Positions 38,031-47,178 of a stretch of 64,000 nucleotides of DNA are shown here, piece by piece; the first letter of the stretch is position 1, and every line of letters begins with the position of its first letter. The stretch lies in NCBI GenBank assembly GCA_963749655.1, contig CAVVOB010000029.1, positions 25,169 through 89,168 of the forward strand, in the 5' to 3' direction. The notes beneath the pieces are model-generated. The model was not told the DNA's origin, made no database searches, and worked only from the letters and a program-made list of their open reading frames with translations. Source of the DNA: Nitrospirota bacterium (GTDB lineage: Bacteria; Nitrospirota; UBA9217). Position numbers and translations under genes: made by a program.

Positions 38031-38345
38031 ATGCGCATGTTGCTTACGGTTTTCATCTCACTGTTCGTACTTCTGCAGGGGCATGCTTATGCAACCGGCG
38101 GGGGCGACATCACCTTTAAACCGTCAAACGTCGAGCCCGTGCACTTCAGTCACGACTACCACATGAAAGCCAGGGGCCTCAAATGCGCTGCCTGCCACTA
38201 TTCGTTGTTTTCCGACAACGGCGGCGGTTATCTGATGAAAAAAGAAAAAATGAACAAACAGGAATTCTGCGGACACTGCCACAACGGGATGAAGGCCTTC
38301 GATCTCAAATCCGACAAGAACTGCAAGCGCTGTCACCGCAAATAA
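38031..38345 (+). CDS. c7-type triheme cytochrome (paralog)
   Basis: 'FSHDYH', CAACH, CGHCH, CKRCH. Confidence 0.9.
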   Translation: MRMLLTVFISLFVLLQGHAYATGGGDITFKPSNVEPVHFSHDYHMKARGLKCAACHYSLFSDNGGGYLMKKEKMNKQEFCGHCHNGMKAFDLKSDKNCKRCHRK

Positions 38346-38412
38346 CATCCACCGCTGTTATCCGGTCCGGCAGGCCCGGCCGGAATTGCCTGTCAACGAG
38401 CATCGTCCGTCG

Positions 38413-39012
38413 CTAAAAAGGACTGGTCGTCTTCCCGTCCTTTCGCTCCGCCTGTTTCTTGCGATATGCTTCTTCTTCCTGCGCCATTTTTTTCGACTCA
38501 ACCAGGCCGTACGCCCCGTATTTCCAGTTGCCCGTCTTAAAACCCGTGGCGATGGTGAGCAGTTTGTCCCTCCATGCGCACTGCACGCCGTCATAGATCA
38601 CGATCGAATCCTTGCACGAGGGTTTTGTCCCGTACTTGTTCGAAAAAATGCTTTTCAGCACCTGGTGGTCGTTCATGACCTGTTCTTCGAGGTATTGCTC
38701 CTTCATCGCCGTAAGCATGGAGAAGCCGGAAAACCGCTTCTCGTGGTTGAAGCCGAACACCACATCGACTTTCAGCGGTCCCAGGTCGAACTGCTTGAGC
38801 GTCAGGGAATCGGGTGCGCTGACGGCAAGGCTGTTGTTCGGGAAGGTCTGCTTGAGAAACTGTACGGTTTCCTCATAGGTCGCGCCGAACGGCAGGGTCT
38901 TGAAGCCGAAAATGACAACCTCTTCCGCCGCTTGTGCCGGAGAAGCTGCCAATCCGGCGGTAAACCACAACAGGAGCGCAACAGTCAGAACCACGGGGAT
39001 CATACGCTTCAT
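38413..39012 (-). CDS. Hypothetical exported protein
   Basis: AGGAGG SD; signal peptide; host-like codon usage. Confidence 0.7.
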   Translation of the reverse strand: MKRMIPVVLTVALLLWFTAGLAASPAQAAEEVVIFGFKTLPFGATYEETVQFLKQTFPNNSLAVSAPDSLTLKQFDLGPLKVDVVFGFNHEKRFSGFSMLTAMKEQYLEEQVMNDHQVLKSIFSNKYGTKPSCKDSIVIYDGVQCAWRDKLLTIATGFKTGNWKYGAYGLVESKKMAQEEEAYRKKQAERKDGKTTSPF

Positions 39013-39142
39013 CTCGTTCCTCCTTGTCCTTTTTACGTATTATCAAAATTCAACCGCAGGCACCTGGAAAACTTTTTGAGTGGGAAAAAGAAGCTCCTGG
39101 GGTTCCATAGCGGCCTCTCATGGTTTCATAAAACTTTTGGCG

Positions 39143-40540
39143 CTATCTCTTCTTATTCATACCCGGTCCTTCGGCAGACTGAATCCGGTACTTTTGTATC
39201 TTGTACCGAAGAACGCGTTCACTGACGCCGAGTTTTCCCGCGGCGCGGGTCTGAACGCCCCCGGTTTCCCTGAGCGCTTCAAGGATCAGACCTCGCTCCA
39301 CTGTTTCCAGGGTCTCATTCAACGATCCCGCGGGTATCTGCTCCGGCGTCCGGCCCTCATTTGAAGTGTTCTGTACGTGTATCGGGAGATCGGCTGACGT
39401 TATCACGCCTTTCTTCGACAGCACGACTGCCCGTTCAATGATGTTCTCCAGTTCGCGCACATTCCCCGGATAGTTGTAGCGCATGAGCAGGTCGCGGGTC
39501 TCCGCCGAAATGCCGGTAATGGCTTTCCGGTTCTCGTCGCTGTATTTTTTAATGAAGAAATCGAGAAGCCCGGGGATGTCCTCTTTTCGCTCGCGGAGGG
39601 GCGGAATGACGACGGACACGACGTTCAGACGGTAATACAGGTCTTCACGAAAAGCCGACTTTTTCACCTCTGCCTCAAGGTCGCGGTTCGTTGCCGCAAT
39701 CACGCGCACGTCAACCTTGATGGTCTGGTTGCCGCCGACCCGCTCGAATTCCCTCTCCTGGAGGACGCGCAGCAGTTTGACCTGCATGGCGGGGGCCAGT
39801 TCGCCGATCTCATCCAGGAACAGCGTACCTTTGTCCGCCGCCTCGAACCGGCCGATCCTGCGCGACGCCGCACCGGTAAACGCGCCCTTCTCGTGTCCGA
39901 AGAGCTCGCTTTCCAGCAGGGTCTCGGGCAGGGCCGCGCAGTTGACCTTGATGAGCGGACCGCTTGAGCGGGGACTCTGATAATGAATGGCTTTAGCGAT
40001 CAGCTCTTTGCCCGTACCGCTTTCACCCCGGAGCAACACCGTGGCGTTGCTGGCGGCCACGCGGCCGGCCATGTTCAGGACCTCCTCCATGGCATGGCTG
40101 GTGCTCACGATCTCCTCGAACTTGTACCGTTCGATCAGCATTTCCTTCAGCTCTGTGTTCTCCCGGATCAGATCGCGGCGCTCGGAGACGCGTTCAATCA
40201 GGACGACCAGCTGATCGAGATCGATGGGCTTGGCGAGGTAATCGTAGGCGCCTGCCTTGATTGCCTTGACGGCGGTCTCTATGGTCCCGAAGGCGGTCAT
40301 GATGATGACGGCCATATCCGGATTGATCTTGCGCGTCTCGTCCGACGTTCTCAGGGCGTCAACGCCGGGAATGTTGCAGTCCGTGAGAAACACATCGAAC
40401 CGGTCGCGCCTGACGGCGCTGAGGGCATCGTCAACCGATCCCACGGCCAGAACATCGTATCCCTTTCGAACGAGAAACTGCTCGATCCTCCCGCGCTCCT
40501 GCGCCTCGTCGTCCATGATCAGAATCTTCGCTTCCTGCAT
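39143..40540 (-). CDS. Sigma-54-dependent response regulator (NtrC family)
   Basis: Receiver domain, 'GESGTGKE', 'GAFTGA', 'PGNVRELEN', Fis HTH. Confidence 0.95.
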   Translation of the reverse strand: MQEAKILIMDDEAQERGRIEQFLVRKGYDVLAVGSVDDALSAVRRDRFDVFLTDCNIPGVDALRTSDETRKINPDMAVIIMTAFGTIETAVKAIKAGAYDYLAKPIDLDQLVVLIERVSERRDLIRENTELKEMLIERYKFEEIVSTSHAMEEVLNMAGRVAASNATVLLRGESGTGKELIAKAIHYQSPRSSGPLIKVNCAALPETLLESELFGHEKGAFTGAASRRIGRFEAADKGTLFLDEIGELAPAMQVKLLRVLQEREFERVGGNQTIKVDVRVIAATNRDLEAEVKKSAFREDLYYRLNVVSVVIPPLRERKEDIPGLLDFFIKKYSDENRKAITGISAETRDLLMRYNYPGNVRELENIIERAVVLSKKGVITSADLPIHVQNTSNEGRTPEQIPAGSLNETLETVERGLILEALRETGGVQTRAAGKLGVSERVLRYKIQKYRIQSAEGPGMNKKR

Positions 40541-40551
40541 AGTTTCCTTTT

Positions 40552-41530
40552 TCACTCCTCACCCGGTGCGGCGATCCCCTGAGGTCCCGAGAACCGGTCA
40601 TGGAGGTCAAGCACGATGCCCTCCCGCAGCCCCCAATCGCTGACCAGCATCGATGTGTAACCAAAGCGCCTCATGACTTCCTGCACAACGACCGCACCCG
40701 CCAGAACAATATCCTCACGGCCCGGATCGAGGCCCCTGATCATTCTCCGCTCTTGCAGCGTCATGCCGCCCAGCTTCGGGACGAGGTCGTCGATAAAATC
40801 GCGACTGAGGATGTGCCCGTTGATTTTTTCCGGGTCATAATGATCGAGCCCCTGATCAACAGCGGCAAGAGTTGTGATCGTACCTGCCGTGCCTATAAAC
40901 AGCGCATCTCTGGGTGTTCTGCAGACTGCCTGTATGGTCGGCCAGTTCCGACCGGACCGCTGCTCTCAAACGCACGATTTCTTCCGCGGACGGAGGGTCA
41001 TTGGCGAGAAATCGTTCGGTCAGGTACACGGCGCCGAGCCCGAGACTTGTTGCGCGGGGTTCGCCGGCGCGATCACTCATGACGATCTCGGTGCTGCCGC
41101 CCCCGACGTCCACGACGAGGACCGTTCCTGACTGTTTCCAACGCCTTCCGTCGCTCTTCTGAATCGAGTGGGTCACTCCTCGAAGAGTCAGCCGCGCCTC
41201 GTCCTCTCCCGATATCACGACGATGGACAGCCCCGTCATCCTCAGCGCTTCCGTGATAAAGGCACAGGCATTGGACGCCTTGCGAAGAGCGCTGGTGCCG
41301 ACCGCAGCGACATGCTCCACGGCAAACTGACGGATGGCTGTTGAAAAATCGCAAAGGGTCTTCAGCGTACGGTCTTCTGCTTCCCGTGCCAACTCTCCGG
41401 TGCGGTCGATATTCTGTCCAAGGCGGGTTATTCGTCGGTCGGAATGGATTTCACGGAAGGAACCGTTGCCGATTTCGGCTATCAGCAGTCGCAATGTATT
41501 AGTGCCGATATCGATCCCGGCGAGGATCAT
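40552..41530 (-). CDS. ppx: Ppx/GppA phosphatase (frameshifted)
   Basis: 'IDIGTNT.RLLI', 'DVGGGSTE'; C-terminal 'GREDIVLAG...VSDWGLREG' is in another frame. Confidence 0.85.
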
Positions 41531-41979
41531 GAGAGGAGGAAATCCTTGAGCCTTTCACTGTTGGCCTTGACGCGCATGGCCAGCAATTTCGAGATCGTCA
41601 TAAGGACCCGCGCCGCAATGCGGGGATCCAGATCGAGAAGCGTATGAAAATCCTTCCGGGTGAGCAGCAAAAGGTCGGCGGCCGTCTCGGCCCTGGCATT
41701 CACCAGCCGGACGTCCTCGTGCACGAGCGCAAGCTCTCCGAAAAAATCACCGGGGCCGAGGAGCAGGAGGCCGACTTCTTCTCCCTCCCCGGCCATCATC
41801 GTTATCCTGACCGAACCGCTTTTTATGATGTAGAGGGCTTCCGCCGGCATCTTTTCCGAAAATATTGCGGCATTCGCCTTGATCTGACGCTCCTGAAAGA
41901 GTCCCAGCACCATGCCGAGCTCTTCGCTGGTGCTCCCCTTGAAGAGGACGGTTCTCTGCAACAGATCCAAATTGGTCAT
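41527..41979 (-). CDS. Cyclic nucleotide-binding domain protein
   Basis: 'LYIIKSGSV', 'GDFFGELAL'. Confidence 0.85.
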   Translation of the reverse strand: MTNLDLLQRTVLFKGSTSEELGMVLGLFQERQIKANAAIFSEKMPAEALYIIKSGSVRITMMAGEGEEVGLLLLGPGDFFGELALVHEDVRLVNARAETAADLLLLTRKDFHTLLDLDPRIAARVLMTISKLLAMRVKANSERLKDFLLS

Positions 41980-42220
41980 GATTGTCCCGCTGTTCCGTAT
42001 TCCCGAATACGAATAAAATCTGCTGCTTAGCATTATAGGTTCGCAAATATTATTTGTCAAGAAACATTGAAAAAATTGCCTCCAGCAGCGTCCCGGTGCA
42101 TGTTGAGGACCGTCCTCAGGGAAGACCGAGTTTGTTGCTTGAGTATAAACCGGGAATTCATCGCTCCGCGGGAGCAGGGGCTACCGGGTTACAAAGGGCC
42201 AGTTGTTGATAAAGCATCTT

Positions 42221-42703
42221 CTAGCGGGGCTCGTCGCCGACGCGGCTCCACCGCGCAGAGGTGACTTTCCAGGAGTCGTCTTCTTTCCTGAAGGTAACCT
42301 CAAAGGAGTACAGCCCGAGAGATCCGGGCAGGACATCGGCGACGGTCCCGGTTCCATCGCCGCCGGTGAGAACGGCCTGGAATGCAGCGCTTCCGGCATT
42401 CAGTTCCGCAGCCGCTTCGAGATTCGTGATATAGACATGGACGGTCTGGTGCCTGAAAAAATATCCGAGCAGGTATCCTTTGATCGTGTCATAGGTAAAG
42501 CCCTGCGGATCGCTGTAGGTTTTTGAGAGGCTGCTGGTAATCTTCTTGATGTTTTTTTCCTCGGCCGCTTTTTGGACGTCGACAACGACCTGTTTGATCC
42601 GGTCCTGGTCCGTAGTCCGATGGCATCCCGCAAGAAAAAACAGGACCATAACGAACAGGACGGTCATTGAAGCCCTCTGGTGCACATTCATCCATGTTCG
42701 CAT
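42221..42703 (-). CDS. Hypothetical NTF2-like lipoprotein
   Basis: Lipobox 'LAGC'; C-terminal 'KEDDSWKVTSA.W'. Confidence 0.7.
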   Translation of the reverse strand: MRTWMNVHQRASMTVLFVMVLFFLAGCHRTTDQDRIKQVVVDVQKAAEEKNIKKITSSLSKTYSDPQGFTYDTIKGYLLGYFFRHQTVHVYITNLEAAAELNAGSAAFQAVLTGGDGTGTVADVLPGSLGLYSFEVTFRKEDDSWKVTSARWSRVGDEPR

Positions 42704-42881
42704 GTGTTTTCCCCTCCCGGGAATCTCCGTCGATCAACGAAATGAGGGCTGGCCGGCCCCTATCACGCCTCTATTCTAGCATAGCGGCGGATTCCTTTTC
42801 GACGACATTTGACAAGTACCTGGTTTAAGGTTACCATTACGTTGACATTGTGCAGAAAGCCCGAAAGCGGCCCTTACTGAA

Positions 42882-44333
42882 ATGCAAAAAAAAATCTTCA
42901 GCGCAGGAATCCTCATTTTCTGGGTCGTGATGCTCGGACTCCTGATCGAGCGCGTCTATATCCGCCCCACATCGGTCATCGCGCTCGACGTCGTGACGGA
43001 GGAAGGCGTCCGCGCGAACGACGAATGGTTCGGCATCTACCAGCAGGGCCGGAAGATCGGCTATGCGCACACGACGGTCATTCCTGAAACGGAAACCTAC
43101 CGGCTCTCAGAAGAATCGGAACTGGACATCCTGGCGCTCGGAACGGTCCAGCGGATCAAAACGACCATCAACAGCTATACGACCAGGAACTTTCTGCTCA
43201 AATATTTCGATTTTACGATGCAGTCGGAGTCTACCACTCTCAAGATCACCGGAGCGGTGGTGAAAAACACCATGGTCCTCGACATCACCACGGGCGGCCG
43301 GCAGCGGACCGAGCGGATACCCCTCACCTCCCCCCCCTATCTGTCGCCGAACATAAAGCCGGCGATCCTTCTTGCGGGACTGGAGACCGGCAGACGATAC
43401 CGGTTTCGGCTGTTCAACCCCGCTACCCTGAGCATGGAGGACGCCGAAATATCCGTCGAATCGAAGGAACTTATAAAGATCGGCAATGGCGAGCAGACCG
43501 TCTACAAACTCAAGGAGTCTTTTCAGGGAATGGATGCCTTTTCCTGGATAAATCAGGACGGGGAAACGGTCAAGGAAGAGAGCCCCCTCGGTTATGTTCT
43601 GCTGAAGGAAAGCATGGCCGAGGCAAAAAAAAGAGATGCACGAGGGCCGGTCGTGGATGTCATCTCGCTGACCATGATCCCTTCGGATGCAGTCAAGGAC
43701 GCAGCAAACGTCGCCTATCTGCGCGTCCGGCTTACGGGGGTCCCGCTCCGGGGTTTTCAGCTCGAAGGAGACCGACAGACGCTTGCCGGGGACATCGTCG
43801 AGGTGCGAAGGGAGGATGTTCCAGATGCCTACCGCCTCCCCTACACCGGCAAGGACCTGGCCGGCGATCTCGCTCCGGACGCCCTGGTCCAGAGCGATGA
43901 TCAGAAGATCATCGGCCAAGCAGCACGCATACTGTCAAAAGAGAACAACGCGCGCACGGCAGCGAAAAAGCTGAACGACTGGGTCTTTTCAACGCTCAAG
44001 AAAAAACCGGTCGTAAGCGTGCCCAGCGCCGTTGAGGTCCTGGAACAGCTCGAGGGTGACTGCAATGAACACACGACGCTTTTCACCGCCCTTGCCCGCT
44101 CCGCCGGCATCCCCGCGCGCATGGCTGCCGGCATCGTCTATATGAAGAACGGGTTCTATTATCACGCCTGGCCCGAGGTCTGGCTGGGAAAATGGATTGC
44201 TGTTGATCCGACCTTCGGCCAGTTCCCGGCCGACGCCACCCACATCCGGTTTCTCACCGGCAACCTGGGTCGCCAGTCCGACATTCTCAAACTGGTCGGC
44301 AAGCTGAAGGTCGAGGTGTTGGAGTACAAGTGA
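42882..44333 (+). CDS. Transglutaminase-like domain protein
   Basis: 'GDCNEH', 'YHAWPEV', 'W..VDPT' triad; N-terminal TM; upstream TTGACA-17-TACCAT. Confidence 0.88.
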   Translation: MQKKIFSAGILIFWVVMLGLLIERVYIRPTSVIALDVVTEEGVRANDEWFGIYQQGRKIGYAHTTVIPETETYRLSEESELDILALGTVQRIKTTINSYTTRNFLLKYFDFTMQSESTTLKITGAVVKNTMVLDITTGGRQRTERIPLTSPPYLSPNIKPAILLAGLETGRRYRFRLFNPATLSMEDAEISVESKELIKIGNGEQTVYKLKESFQGMDAFSWINQDGETVKEESPLGYVLLKESMAEAKKRDARGPVVDVISLTMIPSDAVKDAANVAYLRVRLTGVPLRGFQLEGDRQTLAGDIVEVRREDVPDAYRLPYTGKDLAGDLAPDALVQSDDQKIIGQAARILSKENNARTAAKKLNDWVFSTLKKKPVVSVPSAVEVLEQLEGDCNEHTTLFTALARSAGIPARMAAGIVYMKNGFYYHAWPEVWLGKWIAVDPTFGQFPADATHIRFLTGNLGRQSDILKLVGKLKVEVLEYK

Positions 44334-44454
44334 ATTTCGGAATGATGATTGCGGATCGTGGAATTCGATGTTCGGCTCTTCGCTTGGCGCTTCCGTCAAA
44401 GCGAAAATCCTCCAGCCTCGCAGGAATACCGATATCAGTGCGGCCCGACAAACC

Positions 44455-45204
44455 ATGATAAAACTCATCAACCTCTCCAAGACCTACGGCAAACTGACGG
44501 CCGTCAACGGCATAAGCCTGGAAGTCGGCAGCGGCGAAATCTTCGGATTCCTCGGCCCGAACGGCGCCGGCAAAACCACCACCATCCGGATAATGGCCGG
44601 GCTGCTGCAGCCGACGGCCGGAAGCGCGCTCATCGGAGGCTACGACGTGCAGCGGGACCCGCTCAAGGCAAAATCCATTACCGGATTCATTCCCGACAGG
44701 CCATACCTTTATGAAAAGCTCACGGCGCGGGAATTCATGAATTTTATCGCCCGGCTTTATGCGATGGACGACCCCCATCAGAGTATCGGCGAACGGCTGG
44801 AACTCTTCGGCCTTGCCGAGTGGCAAGATGAACTGGTTGAAAATTTCTCCCATGGCATGAAACAGCGCCTCGTCATGGCCTCGGCGCTCCTCCATCGGCC
44901 GCGGGTCCTCGTGGTGGACGAGCCCATGGTAGGGTTGGATCCGCGCGGCGCCCGGCTGGTGAAGGACATCTTCAGCGATCTCGCGTCGCAGGGCGTAACG
45001 ATCTTCATGTCCACCCATACGCTTGAGATCGTCGAGCAGATGTGCACCCGCGTCGCCATCATCAACAAGGGCGACATCATCGCCGAGGGCAGCGTAGATG
45101 AGCTCGGCCGCCTGGCCCGCATGCCCGACAGCCACCTGGAACCGATCTTCCTGCGGCTCACGGGCGGAGATGAGTCTCCCGAACCAGAACGGATCCGAGG
45201 CTGA
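44455..45204 (+). CDS. ABC transporter ATP-binding protein
   Basis: 'GPNGAGKTT', 'FSHGMKQR', 'VDEPMVGLD'. Confidence 0.92.
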   Translation: MIKLINLSKTYGKLTAVNGISLEVGSGEIFGFLGPNGAGKTTTIRIMAGLLQPTAGSALIGGYDVQRDPLKAKSITGFIPDRPYLYEKLTAREFMNFIARLYAMDDPHQSIGERLELFGLAEWQDELVENFSHGMKQRLVMASALLHRPRVLVVDEPMVGLDPRGARLVKDIFSDLASQGVTIFMSTHTLEIVEQMCTRVAIINKGDIIAEGSVDELGRLARMPDSHLEPIFLRLTGGDESPEPERIRG

Positions 45205-45313
45205 TAACGACCGTTTGAACGGCGGCAGCGCCACCGACGGGTCCCTGTTCTGATCCCGAAGAGGGCGCGTCTGCGGCCGACATTCTATTTACGACGGAGT
45301 CATTGCCATATCC

Positions 45314-47002
45314 ATGCTTCTCCTCCTCTCACCGCGGTTTCATGCAGTGCGGAACAGATACAAGCGGCTCGCGCCGGGCGACGGGCTCAAGACCGCTGTC
45401 CTCGCGCTCCTCGGCCTCGCCTTTTGGGCGTTCCTGTTCGTCGTTTCCTACCGCGTGCTCGGCTACTTCCGGACTATTGAAGGCCTCGGCGACCTGCTCG
45501 CGCTCAGGCTTCTTTCCATGGTCCTGCTGACCTTCTTTTCCATCCTGGTGTTCAGCAATATCGTCACGTCGCTGTCAACCTATTACCTTTCCGGCGAACT
45601 GGATATCCTGTTATCCGCACCGGTCACGATCGAAAATATTTTTCGAGCCAAGTTCACAGAAACGCTGATCGATTCATCGTGGATGACGCTGATCTACGGG
45701 TTGCCGGTGTTTATTGCCTACGGGACGGTGTTCAACGCGTCCCTGTCCTATTATATCGGGTTGGTCCTGACGCTCATTCCCTTTCTCCTCATACCCGCAT
45801 CCGCCGGCATTGTAGTCACCATGCTGCTGGTCAACGCCTTTCCCGCCCGCCGGGCAAAGGACATCATCGTTCTCCTCGGTCTTTTGTTCTTCGTGGTCAT
45901 GTACATCCTGTTTCGCATGCTCCGGCCGGAAAAGCTCGTCGATCCCGATGCATTCCCGTCGATCGTCCAGTACCTTACCGCACTCCGTGCTCCCGTGTCG
46001 CCCCTGCTGCCCAGTTCCTGGGCCACGGAAGTCCTGTCGCCGCTGCTGCGCCGGACGGGCGGCGATTCCCTCTTCTATCTCCTCATGCTCTGGAGCACCG
46101 GCCTGGCAGGCATTGTCATCGGCGAATGGCTGTGTCTGAAGATCTACTATGCAGGCTGGTCACGGTCGCAGGAAGGCAGAAAAGCGCCCATTTCACGTTC
46201 CCGCGTTGCCGATGCGGTCTTCACTGCCGTCGCCTGTCCTTTTCGCGGAAAATTACGCGCCATCGTCCTCAAAGACATCAAACTCTTTTTTCGCGACACG
46301 TCCCAGTGGTCCCAGCTTTTTCTTCTCCTCGCGCTCATGATCGTATACATTTACAGCTTCCGCCTGCTGCCCCTCGAGCGGGCACAGATGCCGAGCTTCT
46401 TCCTGCAGAACCTCATATCATTTCTGAACCTCGGGATGGTGGGATTCGTGACCGCGTCCGTCGCCGTGCGCTTCGTATTTCCTGCGATCAGCCTGGAAGG
46501 CTCATCCTTCTGGATCATCAGGTCCGCGCCCCTGTCCATCAAGGACTTTCTCTGGGCGAAGTTCTGGAGCAGCTTCCTCCCCCTGCTCGTGCTGTCCGAG
46601 TTGCTGATCATTCTGTCGAACATACTGCTTAAGGTGACCCCCTTCATGATGGTTATCGGTGTCGTTACGGTCTTCATGATGACCTTCGGCATCACGTCCC
46701 TGGGCATAGGTTTGGGCGCTCTTTTCCCCAAGTTCAAACATGACAATGTCGCTCAGATCCCGACTGGATTCGGCGGCATCGTATACATGCTTCTAGCTAT
46801 GCTTTTCATCGGCATCGTCATAATCTTCGAAGCATGGCCCGTTTACAAGATATTCATGACCCAGACAACAGGGAGAGGAATATCCCTTTCCGGATGGCTG
46901 TGGATTGCAGGTTCCTTTGCAATCGTCCTTATCGTCAATATTTTGGCGCTAATAATCCCCTTAAAAAGGGGATATGAGCATCTATTACACATTGATGCAT
47001 AA
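45314..47002 (+). CDS. Putative ABC permease (multi-TM)
   Basis: About 12 TMs; 'KDIKLFFRD..QWSQ', 'SLEG.SFWI.RSAP'. Confidence 0.85.
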   Translation: MLLLLSPRFHAVRNRYKRLAPGDGLKTAVLALLGLAFWAFLFVVSYRVLGYFRTIEGLGDLLALRLLSMVLLTFFSILVFSNIVTSLSTYYLSGELDILLSAPVTIENIFRAKFTETLIDSSWMTLIYGLPVFIAYGTVFNASLSYYIGLVLTLIPFLLIPASAGIVVTMLLVNAFPARRAKDIIVLLGLLFFVVMYILFRMLRPEKLVDPDAFPSIVQYLTALRAPVSPLLPSSWATEVLSPLLRRTGGDSLFYLLMLWSTGLAGIVIGEWLCLKIYYAGWSRSQEGRKAPISRSRVADAVFTAVACPFRGKLRAIVLKDIKLFFRDTSQWSQLFLLLALMIVYIYSFRLLPLERAQMPSFFLQNLISFLNLGMVGFVTASVAVRFVFPAISLEGSSFWIIRSAPLSIKDFLWAKFWSSFLPLLVLSELLIILSNILLKVTPFMMVIGVVTVFMMTFGITSLGIGLGALFPKFKHDNVAQIPTGFGGIVYMLLAMLFIGIVIIFEAWPVYKIFMTQTTGRGISLSGWLWIAGSFAIVLIVNILALIIPLKRGYEHLLHIDA

Positions 47003-47013
47003 TTTCAACCCCA

Positions 47014-47060
47014 CCACAATATATAGTACTGCCATTTTATGAAGATACTTTAGATTGTTA
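47014..47060. promoter_or_regulatory. Tandem NrdR-box-like sites upstream of smc
   Basis: CCACAATATATAGTAC (47014) and ATACTTTAGATTGTTA (47045), 31 bp apart, just upstream of TTTACA-17-TATAAA (47069-47097). Confidence 0.6.
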
Positions 47061-47178
47061 TTTTTCCCTTTACAAACAACCCCGCATGTGATATAAATCG
47101 ACCTATCAACAAGCGTTATATTAATCCTTCCGCTTTCTATTTGCTCTTAACCAACTCAGATGTCGCACAGGGAGGCCT

